From a virus (Duplodnaviria > Caudoviricetes), in IMG/VR virus record IMGVR_UViG_3300032255_000170, positions 1-37,908 of that record: DNA of 37,908 nt, one strand, 5' to 3'. The translations under genes were made by a program, and so were the position numbers. The notes beneath the pieces are model-generated. The model did no database searches, was not told the origin of the DNA, and saw only the letters and a program-made list of their open reading frames with translations. This document shows positions 15,831-24,241 of the stretch, in pieces. The first letter of the stretch is position 1; each line of letters begins with the position of its first letter.

Positions 15831-18109
15831 TGGCCAATTTCTTCACCAAGGCGCTCGCCGCTGGTTTTGGCCAGATCATGGAACGCGTCACACAAATGCG
15901 TCATCCGGGCCAGTCTGGCGCGTTTGAGTGGATGCTCAAGCGCACCCGGTTCAATTATCGGCGCGAGGTCGGCGACGGTCTGGATAGCAGCGTCGTCACC
16001 GGTCCGATCCGCTGGCTACAGCGCGCCTTGCCCGAGGCGAAGCTTTCCATGCGGCGTGTCGAAGCAGACGGATCGATGGAGGATATCGACAGTCACGATC
16101 TGCTCGACCTGATCCAGAAGCCCAATCCGTACTATGGCGACATTGCGCTTTGGGGCGCGACGATCCTGTCCTTCATCGTCGATGGCAACGCCTATTGGAT
16201 CAAAGTGCGCAATGCGGCTGGCAAGCCGGTTGAGCTGTGGTGGGTGCCGTGGTGGATGATGGAGCCGAAAGCGCCGCTGGATGGCAGCGACTTCATCTCG
16301 CATTATGAATACACGCCCGGCACGGGGATGGGGCGCATGCCGATCGATCCGGATGATGTTATTCACTTCCGCGACGGTATCAATCCCAAGAACATGCTCA
16401 AAGGCATCTCTGCGCTTGATGGGGTGATCCGCGAGATATTCACCGATCTGGAGGCCAGCAATTTTGTCGCCAGCCTGCTGCGCAATATGGGTGTGCCCGG
16501 TGTTGTGATCAGCCCGAAGGGCGGCGCGATGCCATCCACCGATGATGTCGCTGCGACAAAGACGTGGTTTCAGGAAGCGTTCGGCGGCGACAATCGCGGC
16601 GGTCCGGTGGTCTTTGGCGCGCCGACCGACGTGCAGCAATTCGGGTTCGATCCGCAATCGATGAACTTGTCCGAAGGGCGCGACGTTGCCGAAGAGCGCG
16701 TTTGCGTGGTGATCGGCGTTCCGGCTGCTGTTGTTGGGTTTGGCGCTGGGATGCAACAGACCAAAGTCGGCGCGACGATGGAGGAGCTGCGCAAGCTGGC
16801 GTGGCACAACGGCGTGCTGCCGCTCGGCCGCCAGTTGATCGATGAGCTGGGCCGCAGCCTGCTGCCCGATTTTCAGCGTGGTCAGGCCGCGCGCGTGAAG
16901 GTCGAGCTGTATTGGAACACGGACAACGTCCTCGCCTTGCAAGAGGATGAGAACCGGCAGACCGATCGCAAGCTGAAGGAATTTGAGGCAGGCGCCATCA
17001 CGCATTGGCAGTATCTGACCGAAACCGGTCGCGAGGCCGAAGATCGCCACAAATACTATCTGCGCAGCTTCAACAAGATCGTGGTGCCAGAGGCGCAGGC
17101 TGGAGCGGTTGCTTTGCCTCGCCCCAAAGCAGCCGATGAACCCGAACCCGAACCCGAACCCGAACCCGAACCTGAAGGTGAGGTGATCGAGATCGAGGGG
17201 CAAAAGTCACTGCCCGCACCAGAGGTGAAGCAGCAAAGCGATAACCCGGTCGGGCCAGACTGGTTGCCCGATGATGCGACAGCGGCCAGCGAGGCGGCGA
17301 TCGAGCGCGGATTGATCTTGGTCACGGCGCTTCAGCGGCAACAAAGCGCCCTTGAAAGCCTGTTTAATGGCGTCCTAATCCCAACCTTCGAAGGCTGGGG
17401 CGACTTAGCCGGCCGAATTGCCCGCGACGTTTTGCGGGCGACTGGCGAAAAAGCGTTTTCTGATGGGCCTACCGCTTCGCTGCTTGAGGCCGGGATCAAG
17501 CCCGCTGGCTTATCCGAGACCAAGGCGGATGACGATCTGATCCGCCAGATCATCGAGCTGCTGAATATCGAAGCGTGGGAGAATGATCTCTCCAGCAAAT
17601 ACCAGGCGCAATATCTGGCTGTGGCGCGCGAGACGGCGGAGGCGATTGAACAATCGGGTTTTGGCACGAATCTTCCCGATCCCGTCATGCGCCAAATCAT
17701 CGCAGCGGGCGGCACACGCGCCGGGCTGCTCGATCTGAATGCGCAGACCCGCAAGGCGATCTTCCAGGCGCTGGCCGAAGGGCGCGCAGCGGGCGAAGGC
17801 GCGCAGGCGCTGGCCAATCGCATTGCCAATCAAGTCGAAGGCGGACCGCGTATCAATGCCGAGGCGCGGGCGCTGATGATTGCCCGGACCGAAACCAAAT
17901 ACGCGCAAAACATCTCCACGCTTCAGGCGGCGCGCGCGGGCGGCGTGGAAAAGATGATGGTGTTTGATGGCCGGTTCGGAGAGCCGCGATCGGAGCTGAG
18001 CCATATCGCCCGCGATGGAAAGATTGTGTCGATCGACGACGCGCAAACGATGGCGGACACGATGCGGCCGAACTGCACACTGAGCCTCGCGCCGCATTTT
18101 GAACTTTAG
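15830..18109 (+). CDS. HK97-family portal protein fused to a MuF/SPP1 gp7-like minor head domain
   Basis: Portal motifs LIQKPNPY, DGNAYW, DVIHFR, GISAL and GVPAAVVG; an (EP)6 linker; C-terminal RALMIARTET...PNC. Confidence 0.88.
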   Translation: MANFFTKALAAGFGQIMERVTQMRHPGQSGAFEWMLKRTRFNYRREVGDGLDSSVVTGPIRWLQRALPEAKLSMRRVEADGSMEDIDSHDLLDLIQKPNPYYGDIALWGATILSFIVDGNAYWIKVRNAAGKPVELWWVPWWMMEPKAPLDGSDFISHYEYTPGTGMGRMPIDPDDVIHFRDGINPKNMLKGISALDGVIREIFTDLEASNFVASLLRNMGVPGVVISPKGGAMPSTDDVAATKTWFQEAFGGDNRGGPVVFGAPTDVQQFGFDPQSMNLSEGRDVAEERVCVVIGVPAAVVGFGAGMQQTKVGATMEELRKLAWHNGVLPLGRQLIDELGRSLLPDFQRGQAARVKVELYWNTDNVLALQEDENRQTDRKLKEFEAGAITHWQYLTETGREAEDRHKYYLRSFNKIVVPEAQAGAVALPRPKAADEPEPEPEPEPEPEGEVIEIEGQKSLPAPEVKQQSDNPVGPDWLPDDATAASEAAIERGLILVTALQRQQSALESLFNGVLIPTFEGWGDLAGRIARDVLRATGEKAFSDGPTASLLEAGIKPAGLSETKADDDLIRQIIELLNIEAWENDLSSKYQAQYLAVARETAEAIEQSGFGTNLPDPVMRQIIAAGGTRAGLLDLNAQTRKAIFQALAEGRAAGEGAQALANRIANQVEGGPRINAEARALMIARTETKYAQNISTLQAARAGGVEKMMVFDGRFGEPRSELSHIARDGKIVSIDDAQTMADTMRPNCTLSLAPHFEL
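17138..17173 (+). repeat. Hexamer tandem repeat (GAACCC)5 GAACCT encoding the EP linker
   Basis: Directly visible in the sequence. Confidence 0.95.
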
Positions 18110-18116
18110 GAGACCA

Positions 18117-18824
18117 ATGATGCTGACCAAGAACTTGACCGTCACCGAAATGGACGACACCGGCAAAGGCCTCGCGCTGATTGCTGATCTGTCGAAAGTC
18201 GACAACGACAACGATGGCTATGCAAAGGGCGCTTTCGCTTGGAAGGAGCAATGGGCGCAGCTGCTCACTGCGCACAACCTCAATATGATCCCATTCGGAA
18301 AAGCGCGCATTTTCGAAGACGGGGATTTCGCCTTTGCAGAGCTGCATCTGAACCTCGAGGTTCAGGCCGGACGGGAATGGCATTCGGCGCTTAAGTTCGA
18401 TCTTGCGAATGGCTCGCCCATTCAAGAATGGTCATACGGCTACACCGCTCTCGAGTTTGAGAGAGTGTTTCGTGAACTGAGAAAGGGCCGCATCCTGAAG
18501 AAGGTTGATGTCCATGAGGTCAGCACTGTTGTTCGCGGGGCGGGCACCACGACGGGCACCCTCTCGATGAAGAACCTCAAAGCTCAGTTGAAGGATGGCG
18601 AGTTTGACGCCGTGATCAATCATCTGGGCGAGATGGCTGATACACTGAAAGGCGATCCCGGCCTGCTATCGGCAACCGGGCGCAAGCAGCTGGGCGAAAT
18701 CCATGCGGCCTTGGGTGTTGCGCTGATCGATCCGGCAGAAGCAGAGGCAAAGGCCAATGCTGCGATCGAGCATGAGGTCACTCGGCACCTGACACGCGAT
18801 GCCCGGATGCGATTGGGCGTCTAG
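18117..18824 (+). CDS. HK97-type prohead protease
   Basis: GAF, LLTAHN, EWSYGY, HEVSTVVRGA; AGGAG SD. Confidence 0.88.
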   Translation: MMLTKNLTVTEMDDTGKGLALIADLSKVDNDNDGYAKGAFAWKEQWAQLLTAHNLNMIPFGKARIFEDGDFAFAELHLNLEVQAGREWHSALKFDLANGSPIQEWSYGYTALEFERVFRELRKGRILKKVDVHEVSTVVRGAGTTTGTLSMKNLKAQLKDGEFDAVINHLGEMADTLKGDPGLLSATGRKQLGEIHAALGVALIDPAEAEAKANAAIEHEVTRHLTRDARMRLGV

Positions 18825-19082
18825 AGCGCCCCTCAATCCGCTGCGCTGAAAAACGCCCTAGGAGCCGCTTAGAAGGCCTTTCCGCTGTCATGAGGCGGAG
18901 AATTGCCTCGATGCGCCTCTTAGGGCGCTTATTTGGCCGTCTGGGGCGTTTTGGTTTGAGGTCCGGCCTGCGATTTGCAAATCCTCACCGCCATCGCCGC
19001 GCATTGATCGAGAGATCAGTTTGCCAGATCAAGCCAAAGCCTCTAGGTCGGAGGCATATCCAAAACGACTGGCTTTTCCCGC

Positions 19083-19106
19083 CCCGGAACGCGTTCCGGG
19101 GCGCGG
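19083..19106 (+). promoter_or_regulatory. Late-promoter element, copy 2, upstream of the major capsid gene
   Basis: 24-bp identity to 10772-10795; 20-bp perfect palindrome at 19082-19101. Confidence 0.7.
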
Positions 19107-19189
19107 GCCGTCCTGCATCCGCTTCATACCAACTCCACTGATTTCAACTCAGCTCGGCACGGTCGCCGGGCGCTCAGTGGAGATGACGA

Positions 19190-20530
19190 ATGTCCGATAT
19201 CAAGACCCTGACTCTGGAGCAGGTCCAAGAAAAAATGCAGGCGAAGTCGAAAGAGCTTCGTGAAGGTCTCAGTGAGGCCGAAACCGACGCAGGCACTTAC
19301 GATCACTCCAATGTGAAATCGTTTGGCGCTGGCATCAAATCGTCCAGCGATTTTGTCGCTGCGGTGAAAGAACGCAACGCCGAACTGGATGAGCTGGGCG
19401 AGCGCGCTGAAGAGCTGCGCTCTATCAAAGAGGCCTCCGACAATGTGAAGCGCCTTGAAAAAGGTCGGCGCGGCTTCCCGCTGCCGGGTCTGGGCGGCCA
19501 AGGTGGCGAAGGCGGCTTCCCGGCCAATCAGGGTCAGTTCAAATCGCTCGGCCAGCAGGCGATTGAGAGCAAGACCTTTAAGGACTTCGTTGAGCGCGGC
19601 GCGGCCGATGGGGAAACGATCAAGCTGGAGGATTATGCTCCCTCTGACTTTCTCGCCAAGGCGGCACAGTTCGATACGATCGGCAACAAAGCGTTGATGA
19701 CGACTTCGGCGGGTTTTGCGCCGGAGAGCGTTCGCCTCCCCGGCTTTGTCGAGGCGGCCACTCGCCCACTCCAGCTGCTCGATATCATCCCGATGGGCCG
19801 CACGTCGCAGGCGGCTGTTCCTTACATGGAGGAGACCACTCGCACGCACGCGGCTGCTGAAACTGCCGAGGGCACCGCTTTCAAAGAATCGACCTTCGCT
19901 TTCACCGAAAAGTCTGTCCCGGTTCAAAAGATCAGCGACAGCGTGCCGGTGACGGATGAGCAGCTCGAAGATGCCGCTCTCGTCGAGAGTTACATCAACG
20001 GCCGCCTTGCTTACGGTGTGCGCCAACGCCTCGATCAGCAATGTTTGGGCGGCGATGGGTTGGCACCAAACCTTCGCGGCATCCTAAATACCTCTGGTAT
20101 TCAGACCGCAGCACGCGGAGCGGACACTCAGATGGATGCGATCTACAAGGCGATGACGAATATCGGCCTGATTGGCCGTGCAATCGCAACGCACATCAAT
20201 ATGCATCCGCTCGATTGGCAGCGCATCCGGCTCCAGAAAACAGTCGACGGCCTGTATCTCTACGGCAGCCCAGCTGACGCGGGTCCAGAGCGCCTTTGGG
20301 GTCTTCCGATCGTCAAGAACGATGCCTTGGCGGAGCAGACCGCTCTTGTCGGCAGCTTCATGCCAGCGTGGATCATGTTGTTCGAGCGGCGCGGCATCGA
20401 CATCCAAGTCGGCTACGTCAACACGCAATTCGGCGAAGGCAAGCGCACCGTGCGTGCGGATATGCGCGCCGCTTTGCAGATCGGTCGCCCGGCTGCCTTC
20501 CACGCCGTCACCGGCCTTAACGCCCCTTAA
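19190..20530 (+). CDS. HK97-family major capsid protein
   Basis: N-terminal coiled-coil delta domain; AEGTAFKES, VTDEQLEDA, LRGILN, MHPLDWQRIRLQK, RLWGLPIV, RPAAF. Confidence 0.93.
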   Translation: MSDIKTLTLEQVQEKMQAKSKELREGLSEAETDAGTYDHSNVKSFGAGIKSSSDFVAAVKERNAELDELGERAEELRSIKEASDNVKRLEKGRRGFPLPGLGGQGGEGGFPANQGQFKSLGQQAIESKTFKDFVERGAADGETIKLEDYAPSDFLAKAAQFDTIGNKALMTTSAGFAPESVRLPGFVEAATRPLQLLDIIPMGRTSQAAVPYMEETTRTHAAAETAEGTAFKESTFAFTEKSVPVQKISDSVPVTDEQLEDAALVESYINGRLAYGVRQRLDQQCLGGDGLAPNLRGILNTSGIQTAARGADTQMDAIYKAMTNIGLIGRAIATHINMHPLDWQRIRLQKTVDGLYLYGSPADAGPERLWGLPIVKNDALAEQTALVGSFMPAWIMLFERRGIDIQVGYVNTQFGEGKRTVRADMRAALQIGRPAAFHAVTGLNAP

Positions 20531-20576
20531 TTGGCCCAGTCGCTGGGGCCGGTTCTCCATCGCGGGGATCGGCCCC

Positions 20577-20625
20577 GGCTTTTCCATCCGCTCCACCTGA
20601 TCCGGGGCGAGCGGATGGGAAAGCC
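20577..20625 (+). other. 17-bp stem hairpin after the capsid gene
   Basis: GGCTTTTCCATCCGCTC / GAGCGGATGGGAAAGCC; no U-tract follows. Confidence 0.7.
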
Positions 20626-20640
20626 AACTGGAGACAATCA

Positions 20641-21147
20641 ATGACACAGACCAATCAAATCGCCGCCCAGCGGATGTTCCTCAACGCGGGCAAGACCGCC
20701 GTGTTGGCCGAGGGCCACGAAGACGCCGCGTTCTTTTACGCTGGCAAAGGTGATGAAATCCCGGCCACCGCTTGCGAGCGGTTCGGCATCGTCGATGGCA
20801 AGGTGCCGACCAAGGGCCGCGCGAAGGCGTCGGGCAAGGCGCAGGGCGAGGGCAAGGAAAAAGCGCCTCCTGCCAACAAAGGCGGTAAAACACCCGCCAA
20901 CAAGGGCGGTGAGAAACCAGATAACAAGGGCGGATCGGGCGGCGAGGCGAAGCCTGCCGCCCTGACCGATATCGACGGCATTGGCCCTGCCACCGCCAAA
21001 GCTCTTGTCGCAGCGGGTGTCGCCGATGTTGCTGCGCTTGCGGCTGTTGATCCTGCCAGCCCGCCTCAATTGGAAAAGACGCCGCCGAACTTTGATTGGG
21101 CTGCTGTCGTTGCTGCTGCAAAAGCTCAAACGGGCGATGCGGAATGA
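20641..21147 (+). CDS. Helix-hairpin-helix domain protein with a Lys/Gly-rich repeat linker
   Basis: LTDIDGIGPATAKAL HhH motif; PANKGG/PANKGG/PDNKGG repeats. Confidence 0.8.
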   Translation: MTQTNQIAAQRMFLNAGKTAVLAEGHEDAAFFYAGKGDEIPATACERFGIVDGKVPTKGRAKASGKAQGEGKEKAPPANKGGKTPANKGGEKPDNKGGSGGEAKPAALTDIDGIGPATAKALVAAGVADVAALAAVDPASPPQLEKTPPNFDWAAVVAAAKAQTGDAE

Positions 21148-21461
21148 GGGCGCTCGAGGTCCAAAGCAAGGGCGAGTTCCGTGTCGGGGTTGATTTCAAT
21201 CCTAGCCATGATGTGGTGGTCGACAAGCTTAAGCGTCAGGCGGCCGACTTGATCGATACGATTGAGGAGATCGGTGTTCGGTTTGGCGGCGAAGAGTTTG
21301 TCGCACGGCACGATGGTGAGGTCGCTCGCCTTAAGTCGCTCGCTCAAACGTCGATCGAAGACGGGGCCATGTGGGCGGTTAAAGCCGCGACCAAGCGGCC
21401 TCCTGCTGTTGTCGAAGTGGAAGACGCTGCACCGGTCGTTCAAGCAGACGAGGCCGCCTGA
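21144..21461 (+). CDS. Acb2/Tad1-like helical-hairpin protein (candidate anti-defence nucleotide sponge)
   Basis: VDKLKRQAADLID...ARLKSLAQTSIEDGAMWAVKAAT resembles the Acb2-type C-terminal helix. Confidence 0.6.
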   Translation: MRALEVQSKGEFRVGVDFNPSHDVVVDKLKRQAADLIDTIEEIGVRFGGEEFVARHDGEVARLKSLAQTSIEDGAMWAVKAATKRPPAVVEVEDAAPVVQADEAA

Positions 21462-22027
21462 TGGCTTTGCTCGACCGGGTCAAAGAGCGCACGGGAAGTG
21501 ACCTTTCCGATGCCGAGCTGCAATCGATGATCGATGCGATCACCGAAGAGATCGGCGCGCGCTTTGGCCCGGCGGGCGAAACCTCCGTTGATATCGGCGA
21601 TCCGGTCAATCCAACGTCCGGCCGCATGCGCAATCTGCGCCTTCTGCGGCCGGTCGACACGGCGCAGCCGATCACCATCATCGAGCGCAATCCCGCCAAC
21701 ACGGGCGCGTCTGAGGATGAGACCACTTTGGCGGCTGGTGACTATCGCATCCTGCATGGCGGCCGGACGCTTCAGCGATTGTCGCTTGGCCCGAATGGCG
21801 CGCAGTTTTGGGCGCCGATGGTCAACGTCACCTACACGCCGATCGTTCCGACTGCGCAGCGCGATGAGGTGACGATCAAGCTGATCCAGCTCGACCTGTC
21901 TTATCGCGGCGGGCTGAAGAGCGAGAAGGCGGGCGACTACGCCTTCACCTTGTCGGGCGATCCGATAGCTGACCGTGAGAAGATCATGCAAGCGCTCGAA
22001 GACCGGCGCGGGATGGTGATCTCGTGA
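21461..22027 (+). CDS. Head-tail connector/adaptor protein
   Basis: LLDRVK...SDAELQSMID; KSEKAGDYAFT; position after the capsid gene. Confidence 0.75.
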   Translation: MALLDRVKERTGSDLSDAELQSMIDAITEEIGARFGPAGETSVDIGDPVNPTSGRMRNLRLLRPVDTAQPITIIERNPANTGASEDETTLAAGDYRILHGGRTLQRLSLGPNGAQFWAPMVNVTYTPIVPTAQRDEVTIKLIQLDLSYRGGLKSEKAGDYAFTLSGDPIADREKIMQALEDRRGMVIS

Positions 22028-22350
22028 GCGGCGAAACCAAACTAACCATCGCGGAGGAGGATCGGCCAAAGGCATTCTTAGAGCTGACGGATGAAGCTCT
22101 AGGGCGTTTTGCTCGGTCGTATCTCATTCAGATTGGAAGGCAGGTCGATACCCATGCTGGCAACCGCGAGATGCCGTTGCCTATCGCGATGTCCATGCAC
22201 GGCTCGATCGCGCTCTACCGGATGGCTTTTGAAGCCAACGCCGGTGAGCTTCATCTCACTCACAGCGAAGTCGAGTGGGGTGGGGAGAACCGAGGTGATT
22301 GGGAGATGATCCTCCGCCGCGTCGATCAAGGCGAAGTGGGGCCAGCATGA
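22024..22350 (+). CDS. Hypothetical accessory protein coupled to the desaturase
   Basis: GTGA and ATGA overlaps; no recognised motif. Confidence 0.65.
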   Translation: MSGETKLTIAEEDRPKAFLELTDEALGRFARSYLIQIGRQVDTHAGNREMPLPIAMSMHGSIALYRMAFEANAGELHLTHSEVEWGGENRGDWEMILRRVDQGEVGPA

Positions 22351-22886
22351 CCTTACTCGCAATCGCCTCTTTCCTCGCTCAGCTTTTCCTTGGCTGGCTG
22401 CTGGCCGATTTCCTCTCTGGTGTGCTGCACTGGATTGAGGATCGCTTTGGACCGGGCCGCGAGGATTGGCCGGTGCTTGGCCCGCTAATCTTCACGCCCA
22501 ATTTGATCCATCATGATGTGCCGACCCTGTTTTTGGACAGCGGTTTTGTCGAACGCAATTGGACGACGTGGGCTGTCGTCGTTCCGCTGGCCGCCGCGCT
22601 GCTCCTGCTCTTCGGGTCGCATCCGTTGATCTGGGCAGCGGCGGTCGGCGGGGCAATGGCAAACGAGATTCACGCTTGGGCGCATCGCCGCACAATGCTG
22701 CCGGTTTGGGCGCGCACGCTTCAGGATTGGGGTGTGATCCAATCGCCGGGGCATCATGCGGTCCATCACATTCCCGATCATCGCCGCAATTTCTGCATCG
22801 TGACCAATTGGCTTAACCCGATCCTAGACCACTATGAATTCTGGTACCGGATCGAGCGCCGCCTGCCGAAAGGCTGGATCGCGTGA
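22347..22886 (+). CDS. CarF/TMEM189 (PEDS1/FAD4/Kua) family lipid desaturase
   Basis: ADFLSGVLHWIED, IHH, NEIHAWAH, HHAVHH and NFCIVTNWLNPILD, with several TM segments. Confidence 0.88.
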   Translation: MTLLAIASFLAQLFLGWLLADFLSGVLHWIEDRFGPGREDWPVLGPLIFTPNLIHHDVPTLFLDSGFVERNWTTWAVVVPLAAALLLLFGSHPLIWAAAVGGAMANEIHAWAHRRTMLPVWARTLQDWGVIQSPGHHAVHHIPDHRRNFCIVTNWLNPILDHYEFWYRIERRLPKGWIA

Positions 22887-23230
22887 TCGCGGGCCGCCTC
22901 ACCCACCGTGCGCGCGTTGAGCGCAATGTCGCCGCCGCCAAAGACGCGTGGGGCAACCCGGTCGCGCCTGATTTTCAGGAGCTGTACAGCGCGCTGAAAT
23001 GCTTTGCCTGGTCAACGAGCAGCCGGGAGCAAGTCGACGGCACAAAGACCGCAATGTTCGAAGATGCGCGCATGATGATCTTTCTCGGCGCGGACCTGCG
23101 CGAAGGCGACGTGATCACCCGCATTGAAAAGCGCAATGGCGATCTTGTGATGGACGGGCGGCTCAAAGTCGAAGGCCCGATTCAGCACAAGCACACGCAC
23201 GGCGAAGCCGCCATCCAAAGGATCAGCTGA
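22883..23230 (+). CDS. Head-closure (stopper) protein
   Basis: GRLTHRARVER...KDAWGNP...ADLREGDVI; synteny. Confidence 0.75.
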   Translation: MIAGRLTHRARVERNVAAAKDAWGNPVAPDFQELYSALKCFAWSTSSREQVDGTKTAMFEDARMMIFLGADLREGDVITRIEKRNGDLVMDGRLKVEGPIQHKHTHGEAAIQRIS

Positions 23231-23685
23231 TGGCTGAGCAATCCCTCAAATGGAACGGCGCGGCTTTGACCGAGACCATGCGCAAGGCGCAGAAGCTGGG
23301 CGTCAATGCGACGATGTCCGCCTGCGTCGTTCATGCGAAGGCCAATCACTCGTGGAAGAACCGGACCGGCGTGCTCGAAGGTTCAATTGGCATCGCCAAG
23401 TTCGCAACCGAAGTGAAAGGCGGCGTCGAGGGCACTTGGGGATCGAAGGACGTCGTCTATGCCCTGATCCACGAGCGCGGCGGCATTATCGTGCCGAAGA
23501 AAGCCAAGGCGCTGGCTATCCCGCAGCCTGATGGCAGCGTGCGCTTCGTCAAGAAAGTCGTGATCCCCAAACGGCCGTATTTGCGCCCCGCTGCGGACGC
23601 GATTTACCCCACTCTCGCTGGCAACATTCGCAAGGCTTATGAGAAGCTGAGCGGTTCTTCAGCGGCCTCTCAGGGCGCTTCGTAA
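23230..23685 (+). CDS. Neck/tail-completion protein (HK97 gp10 / Mu gpG-like)
   Basis: RTGVLEGSI, YALIHERGG, IPKRPYLRPA. Confidence 0.82.
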   Translation: MAEQSLKWNGAALTETMRKAQKLGVNATMSACVVHAKANHSWKNRTGVLEGSIGIAKFATEVKGGVEGTWGSKDVVYALIHERGGIIVPKKAKALAIPQPDGSVRFVKKVVIPKRPYLRPAADAIYPTLAGNIRKAYEKLSGSSAASQGAS

Positions 23686-24110
23686 TGGCGGCGGCTGATC
23701 TCGAAGCGGGCGTGATGGCCTATCTCGCCACCGGCGCGGATGTTGTCGCTTTGGCGGGCACGCGGTTTTTCGGCGGCGAGCTGCCGGACGATGAGACAGA
23801 CTTCATGCCGCGCAAGGCGGTTCTGGTCCAATCGTCGGGCGGCATTTCATTGGCAAGCGGCAGCACGGTCGAAACCGACACACGCCGGGTCGATATCACT
23901 ACCTACGGCGAGACACCGCGCGAGGCGGGCCAGTTGATGTCCGAGGTCGCGCTGCATCTGAAGCGTTTGCGCCGGTCGATTCACGGCGGCGTCTTGCTGC
24001 ATTGGGCCAACAGCGCGGGCGGATCGGCGACCGGCCGCGAGCCGCAGACCGAATGGCCGCGCGCGATCCAATCCTTTCAAATCCTGCACGCACTGGAGGC
24101 TGTGACGTGA
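23685..24110 (+). CDS. Tail terminator protein
   Basis: Size and position before the tail tube gene; YLATGADVVALAGTRFF...RVDITTYG. Confidence 0.7.
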   Translation: MAAADLEAGVMAYLATGADVVALAGTRFFGGELPDDETDFMPRKAVLVQSSGGISLASGSTVETDTRRVDITTYGETPREAGQLMSEVALHLKRLRRSIHGGVLLHWANSAGGSATGREPQTEWPRAIQSFQILHALEAVT

Positions 24111-24241
24111 TGACCACGCCGCTCTCTGGCCGCAGCGCTTTTCCGCGCTTCGCTTCATTCAGCCGCACCCTGCGCGCCGCAATGATGGCGGGCACCTGCC
24201 TTTCTCATCCCATTCTCTCGTCATCTTAGGAGCACCAAGTC

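Noticed and set aside
17138-17173. Phase variation by the GAACCC repeat
   Set aside because: The unit is 6 bp, so slippage keeps the frame and only alters linker length.
17500-18109. MuF polymorphic toxin
   Set aside because: The ORF ends right after the MuF motif, with no toxin extension or immunity gene.
18890-19263. ORFs in the central spacer
   Set aside because: Arg/Pro-rich, no SD, and overlapping the regulatory palindrome; probably non-coding.
14482-20041. Long minus-strand ORFs (e.g. 14482-15573, 16016-17203, 19124-20041)
   Set aside because: They are antisense shadows of well-supported genes in GC-rich DNA and carry no motifs.
24107-24229. Small ORF before the tail tube gene
   Set aside because: Start overlap is plausible, but it is only about 40 aa with no motif; too weak to call.
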